11,780 bases of DNA from an uncultured bacterium (GTDB lineage: Bacteria; Hydrogenedentota; Hydrogenedentia; Hydrogenedentales; JAEUWI01): assembly GCA_963977445.1 (NCBI GenBank), contig CAXBPH010000219.1, positions 1 through 11,780 on the forward strand, written 5' to 3'. A model generated the notes under the pieces. It was given only the letters and a program-made list of their open reading frames with translations. It was not told the origin of the DNA and did no database searches. This document shows, piece after piece, positions 7,079 through 11,780 of the stretch; positions within the stretch are counted from its first letter, which is position 1, and each line of letters starts with the position of its first letter. The translations under genes and the position numbers were made by a program.

Positions 7079-10000
7079 TTAGACCGCCCGACGCTTAACC
7101 CGACGCCGAATGTACAGGGTCATCATCGACAGCATCATCAGACCGAAGAAGCCCGGTGAGCTGAGCGCGACCTGTCCCAGCAGTATGACGGGAACAAGTA
7201 CTACGCGGACGATGGCTGCGGCTACCGGGCTCTGGGCCACGATATCAGCAACGGCGGGGCTGACGCTGTAGTAGACGTCAACAAAGGCCGTACCCACCAC
7301 ATTGTCCAACAGATAGGTGTCACGAACGTCACGGAGGATATTGATATCCGCGTCCATCGGCGTACCATAAGCGGCCGTCGCGATGAAGCATGGACCGCCG
7401 CTACCGCCACCGGAGCCGCCTGCTGCCAGACCGAAGAAGGCCAGGAGCAGGGAGATCAGGAAGAAGAAGGGTGAGTCCGGTGCGCCATTCGTGGCCGTGT
7501 ACTCGAAGAAGTTCGGCAATTTGATAACCGAGTTCGCCGGGTCGGAAGCCAGGAAGATGGTGATATCCATCATACCCGCAGCGGTAGCTCTGGGCGTCAG
7601 GAAGGTCAGACGATTTTCGTTCGTTCCTGGCGTTGTGATGAAATCGTCCGGTGTCACCGTCAGGGTAACCTGCGCGGCACCTGTTCCGGAGCTCAACGTC
7701 ACCCGGTCAATCCAGGCCAATCCGCCTTCGGGCGACAGCACGGTCACTTCCGTACCGCCGGCCGTCGAACCGTTGAAGGAGATATCGGCGTTGGCATCAA
7801 TCACCGAATCCACGAGGCTGCTGGGAATGCCAGCGCCACGGCGGAGGGAGAAGCCATTGAGACTGTAGAGTCGGGCTTCGTTTACCGCATCAACGGCCGC
7901 ACTATCAGCGGTGCTACCAGACACTACGGGGTCAACTTCATTACCCAGCAAGGTGGACTGGTAATCGACGACTGCGTTGGCAGGAACCGTCAATGCACCC
8001 GCCGCGTAGTCGAAGGAACTCTCCGAGCCGAACCAGGTCAAGCCAGACCGTACGATACCTGCCGTTACGGCAGCATCGTCGACCAGGAAGGAGAGACGAA
8101 GGGGCTCGTTGAGCACCGGCTCGCCGGTCACCGAATCGATTGCCGGGTTGCCGTTGACATCAAGAAGGAAACGGGACAGGCCACCCGCCGCGAAGGCACC
8201 GCTACTCGCGACACCCGTCGTGGGCATACCCATCGAAGGTGTATTCTGCTTGACCTCGTTGAAGTCAATGGGCTGGTAGAAGTAGAAACTAAAGTCCTGA
8301 ATCACACCAGCCAACACATCACCGGCTTCCACACTTTGTGCAGCAAGTGTCGAATCGATTGCATTGGTGCCAACAGCCGCCGGGCTGGATGCCGAGGCGG
8401 TGCGAACGATACCGTAGGTGCGGGTACCGCTTGTGACTGCCGGTACATCCAGAGCGGCAAAGTCATTATTACCCAATGCCACATCTACGCCGGAAGCACC
8501 TGCGTCACCGTCAAAATAGTACGCGGTGGTGCTTACGCCGCCTTCGGTGACGTAACGGTTGTAGCGGAAGCTGTTGAACGTAAACGTGGAATTCTGGCCA
8601 GGATTGGAGACCGTAATGGACACGTCCACGAAATCATTGTTGCTTGTGTCGGTACTTTCCGGCACAACAAACTCAATCGAGCGGCGGTCATTTGAAGCGC
8701 GGAAACCGCTGACCGTAACACCACCAACTTTGATGACAGTGCTCGCACTGAGATTCTGACCAGAAAGTTCGGCTACGACACCACCAAAGACCCAGGCGTT
8801 TGGCGGATCAACACCGATTACGACGGCCTCACCGAGGGTGGCCTGCGCCGCCTGCAACTCGGAAAGACTCAGGAACCCATCGTTATTGGTATCGAGACGT
8901 CCGAACCTTTCGGCATTCAGACTACTGAGAATTACCCTCGCTTCGGCCAAGGTTAACAATCCATCACTATTGGCATCGGCGGTGCCGAATCCGTTGATAA
9001 GATTGGTGGCATTATCTCCGTCACTTGGTTCACCTTCACCTTCACCTTCACCTTCACCTTCACCTTCTCCTTCTCCTTCTCCTTCGCCCTCTCCTTCGCC
9101 TTCACCACCCGTAGATTCAAAGACGACGCGAAGCACCTGATCTTCCGTCACGCTGAAGGTTACTGCACCGTTCGTGACTGCGGAAAGCAGGCTGCCATCA
9201 TTCAGCAGTACGGAAGAAAGTACATTACCGACCGCTGGGTTGATGGTTGCGGTAACACTCGTGCCCTTGAGATAAATACCGCCCGTGGATCCACCGATAC
9301 GGGGTGCCGGACTCAAGGATACGGTTCCGGAGCCTTCCGTTTGCACGGTCAACTGCGCCGAATCTTTCAGCGTAGCCGCAGACGCCAACGTGGCAAAGTT
9401 TAGGGGGAACGCGTTGTCGGTAACAACCACGTCTACCGGGGTCTCAATCGACGCACCATTGTCTGTATCAAGCAACAAAGCGGGGCTCGTCACATACAAG
9501 GTGGTGCTGTTGGCCGCAAAGGCTGCTTGGGTACCGCTACCGTCTCGGAAAGTAGCAGGACTACCGTTCATCGTAACGGTGAAGGCTGCTTCAGCTTCCG
9601 CCGCACTCAGCGTGACGCCATCTGCGATGGGAAATTCGCCGGTGATGACTACATCTTCCGTCTCACCACCCAACCATTCATTGGGATTCAGTTCCGTCAC
9701 CGCAATGGCGGAAGCGAAGGGAGCGATAATCGACAGACTCGAAAGATTTACGTTTATATTTCCATTGACGGAAACGGCGTCGAGAGGAAGGAGTGTCCAG
9801 TCACTATCTTCCGAGCCGCCCGTTACCAGGAGTCCACCATCGGCGCTGATGGTCGTGTCATAGGAATAGAGCTGGATATTGTCCAACGATTCTGCGGCGA
9901 AGGGCCCCGCGACAAACAGATTAACTTCCAGGTTACCAAGGTCATTGATTTCAACCAGATCAGAAGTGGAAGTACCCGCTACGATGCTGATATCGATATA

Positions 10001-10987
10001 CGGCGCACCCGCAAGAATTTCGAGGGGTTGCTTTCCTCCAACGGCATCGGCCCATTCGGTGGGGGTGCCGGCTGACAGATTCGTGTCGACCATAGCGTCA
10101 AGGTTGTCAACGATACTGACCATAAGAAACGCCGAGTCACCTGAGTTTATCAGTCCAGCGGCCAACAGGTTGGCCGTAGACGGCGACGTTACCATGACAT
10201 TGTCGAAGGATACGACAATTTCGTGCTGATCTTGTTTCGCGGATGCGTCGAGATTGGCGAGCAAGGCGGTTCTGCCAGCGCCATTGCTCAACACGTTGGC
10301 AATGGAACTTGCGCCCCGGATCAGACTGGCGAAAGGATCGTCGGGAAAGCCGTTCCCGTCGGTATCGTCGTTCTGCAGGATAACGGTGAGTGAAATCGCA
10401 TCGGCAAGGGCGTTGGTCGAATCGAAGATATACGACGTTGCAGGATCGGAATCCGGGATCGCGTTAACGAGGGCGTAAATAAGGACAGCCGTCTCGGTAC
10501 CCTCAAGATTGGGCACAAAGGACCCCAGGCCGAGGGTAGCCCCGAAATCAACCGGGAAGGAAGCACCCGACAGGACACCATCGCTGCCCGGCGTATACCG
10601 GCCTGCGTTGGTATTCCAGGGAGCCATTTGCTCTGTTGAGCTGTTGGCCCGGTTGGCCACGTAGGTTACCGTCGTGCTTTCATTGGCACTGGGCACTGTC
10701 GCGCTGAGCATGAGCTCAATATCGCCAACATTGGACGTAGGCACGATTATCGTGTCTCCGTCTTGATAGGGAAGCGATCCCAACGTTACACTTTGTTGCT
10801 TGTCTTGTGAGGCTCCGCCCTGATTCAAAAGAATCAGATCGAGAAACTGACTGAAGTCTATTTGACTGTCGTCTCCCGCTGCGCGTGCACCAACCACATC
10901 GTGGGTCGGCACCAGGCCAATCACAAATGCAAGTACTACCATCATGCTTACAAGCGACGCAAGCATAAGTTTCTTGCTGATCCCCAT
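7079..10987 (-). CDS. Large secreted cell-surface protein (1302 aa): signal peptide, IPT/TIG-like domains, divergent InlB B-repeat-like domain, (GE)13 linker, EF-hand pair, CFI-box C-terminal anchor
   Basis: MGISKK + hydrophobic core + ARA; IPT-like starts IAVTELNPN..VVITGEF, VVIGVDPPNAWVFGG..LSGQNL and GSTAGGTEVTV; LTVQTEGSGTVSLSP..Y.KGTSVT; EF loops DANSDGLLTLAE and DTNNDGFLSLSE; GGPCFIATAAYGTP..LRDVRD.YLL....G.AFV..YY..SP..AD, then hydrophobic segment(s) and RRRVKRR; GAGGAG 9 nt before the ATG. Confidence 0.9.
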   Translation of the reverse strand: MGISKKLMLASLVSMMVVLAFVIGLVPTHDVVGARAAGDDSQIDFSQFLDLILLNQGGASQDKQQSVTLGSLPYQDGDTIIVPTSNVGDIELMLSATVPSANESTTVTYVANRANSSTEQMAPWNTNAGRYTPGSDGVLSGASFPVDFGATLGLGSFVPNLEGTETAVLIYALVNAIPDSDPATSYIFDSTNALADAISLTVILQNDDTDGNGFPDDPFASLIRGASSIANVLSNGAGRTALLANLDASAKQDQHEIVVSFDNVMVTSPSTANLLAAGLINSGDSAFLMVSIVDNLDAMVDTNLSAGTPTEWADAVGGKQPLEILAGAPYIDISIVAGTSTSDLVEINDLGNLEVNLFVAGPFAAESLDNIQLYSYDTTISADGGLLVTGGSEDSDWTLLPLDAVSVNGNINVNLSSLSIIAPFASAIAVTELNPNEWLGGETEDVVITGEFPIADGVTLSAAEAEAAFTVTMNGSPATFRDGSGTQAAFAANSTTLYVTSPALLLDTDNGASIETPVDVVVTDNAFPLNFATLASAATLKDSAQLTVQTEGSGTVSLSPAPRIGGSTGGIYLKGTSVTATINPAVGNVLSSVLLNDGSLLSAVTNGAVTFSVTEDQVLRVVFESTGGEGEGEGEGEGEGEGEGEGEGEGEGEPSDGDNATNLINGFGTADANSDGLLTLAEARVILSSLNAERFGRLDTNNDGFLSLSELQAAQATLGEAVVIGVDPPNAWVFGGVVAELSGQNLSASTVIKVGGVTVSGFRASNDRRSIEFVVPESTDTSNNDFVDVSITVSNPGQNSTFTFNSFRYNRYVTEGGVSTTAYYFDGDAGASGVDVALGNNDFAALDVPAVTSGTRTYGIVRTASASSPAAVGTNAIDSTLAAQSVEAGDVLAGVIQDFSFYFYQPIDFNEVKQNTPSMGMPTTGVASSGAFAAGGLSRFLLDVNGNPAIDSVTGEPVLNEPLRLSFLVDDAAVTAGIVRSGLTWFGSESSFDYAAGALTVPANAVVDYQSTLLGNEVDPVVSGSTADSAAVDAVNEARLYSLNGFSLRRGAGIPSSLVDSVIDANADISFNGSTAGGTEVTVLSPEGGLAWIDRVTLSSGTGAAQVTLTVTPDDFITTPGTNENRLTFLTPRATAAGMMDITIFLASDPANSVIKLPNFFEYTATNGAPDSPFFFLISLLLAFFGLAAGGSGGGSGGPCFIATAAYGTPMDADINILRDVRDTYLLDNVVGTAFVDVYYSVSPAVADIVAQSPVAAAIVRVVLVPVILLGQVALSSPGFFGLMMLSMMTLYIRRRVKRRAV
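9029..9106 (-). repeat. In-frame hexanucleotide tandem repeat encoding (Gly-Glu)13
   Basis: + strand: 6x TTCACC, 3x TTCTCC, TTCGCC, CTCTCC, TTCGCC, TTCACC. Confidence 0.97.
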
Positions 10988-11176
10988 CTCTGGCTTCTCC
11001 TCTACACCGTTGGTATTGCTCGTCAGATTCTTGCGAATCCAACTGATAATTTAGTACAAAACGCGTATCGATTGGCTACGCCACACTATTCAGGATCGTC
11101 GAAGATCGGGTATCCGCCATCCAACAGAAAAACTGAACAAATGGCAGAATAAAACACACTTCTGACAGTGTGCCTA

Positions 11177-11205
11177 AGTATAGAGAACCACTCAGATCCT
11201 GTCAA
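11177..11205 (-). promoter_or_regulatory. Near-consensus sigma70 promoter for the surface-protein gene
   Basis: Minus strand TTGACA (11205-11200) - 17 nt - TATACT (11182-11177). Confidence 0.85.
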
Positions 11206-11279
11206 CACTTTATCGAGCGAATGACAATATCTGGTTTATTTATCGCAGTATTCTTCTAATTCAGTTGTTTTGGTGGACC

Positions 11280-11780
11280 TCAGACCTCGTCGTTGACCAC
11301 AGCCACCGGCGCTTGCGAACGGCGCCATTTGGTCTGAAACATAATCACATAAAACGCTGCCGCACCCGCAAACATAAGCAATCCGATGGTCTGACTTACG
11401 GTCATTCCAGCGATGGAGCGGGTGCTGTCACCACGAAATGCCTCGGTTGTAAACCTCAAAATACCATAGAGTAAGGGGTACATGAAAACTATGGACCCAT
11501 CGTACTTTTTGTGCTTGTAAGCAAACCGCATGATAAGGAAAATAGCGAAGAGGCCCGCCGATTCATAGAGTTGGGTTGGGTGAACCGGAAGAGGACCATC
11601 GGCATGGCGGGTGATCAGGTTATCTTCGAGCTGACGTCGCCACGCCAATCCACCACGAGGAAACACCACGCCGGTGGGCCCATCGGTGGGATAACCCCAG
11701 CAGCAACCGTTAAGAAAGCAACCGATTCTAGCGATGGAGTGCCCCAGGGGAAGGAAGGGCATGCCAATATCGCCCATGCC
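11280..11780 (-). CDS. lgt: Prolipoprotein diacylglyceryl transferase family protein, 3' part (5' end lies beyond the window)
   Basis: D...P.L.LG.SIARIGCFLNGCCWG, GVVFP, PVHPTQLYE, YGILRFTTEAFRGD, TVSQ; the frame stays open to the window edge. Confidence 0.92.
   Translation of the reverse strand, partial: GMGDIGMPFLPLGHSIARIGCFLNGCCWGYPTDGPTGVVFPRGGLAWRRQLEDNLITRHADGPLPVHPTQLYESAGLFAIFLIMRFAYKHKKYDGSIVFMYPLLYGILRFTTEAFRGDSTRSIAGMTVSQTIGLLMFAGAAAFYVIMFQTKWRRSQAPVAVVNDEV

Noticed and set aside
9029..9106. Tandem repeat considered as a CRISPR array or ON/OFF phase-variation tract
   Set aside because: No spacers, and the 6-nt unit preserves the reading frame
8838..9140. 100-aa + strand ORF with (SP)n repeat
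   Set aside because: Reverse-complement reading of the (GE)13 tract
11209..11245. TTTATCG repeated 30 bp apart upstream of the surface-protein -35
   Set aside because: Two 7-mers in AT-rich DNA are too weak without comparative data

Overview
Chromosomal-looking, moderately GC-rich window with eight protein-coding genes and no mobile element, CRISPR array or RNA gene that I can support. In order: slyD (+); a DUF1559/prepilin-type N-terminal methylation protein with an H-X10-DG C-terminal motif (+); a minus-strand three-gene operon (atypical SDR/NAD-dependent epimerase, DHDPS-like class I aldolase, Nramp-fold transporter lacking the metal-binding motifs); a divergent stand-alone pilT (+); a 1302-aa acidic surface protein with IPT/TIG-like domains, a (GE)13 linker, an EF-hand pair and a CFI-box C-terminal anchor (-); and the 3' part of a Cys-variant lgt (-). 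The protein families and (GE)n linker suggest Candidatus Hydrogenedentota or a similar lineage (inference). The best candidates for undescribed biology are (i) a possible C-terminal Cys-lipidation/sorting system linking the Lgt variant to the CFI-box surface protein, which has a perfect -35, a 5/6 -10 and a long structured leader, and (ii) a catabolic operon for an unknown organic substrate. All family assignments come from motif recognition, not database searches.
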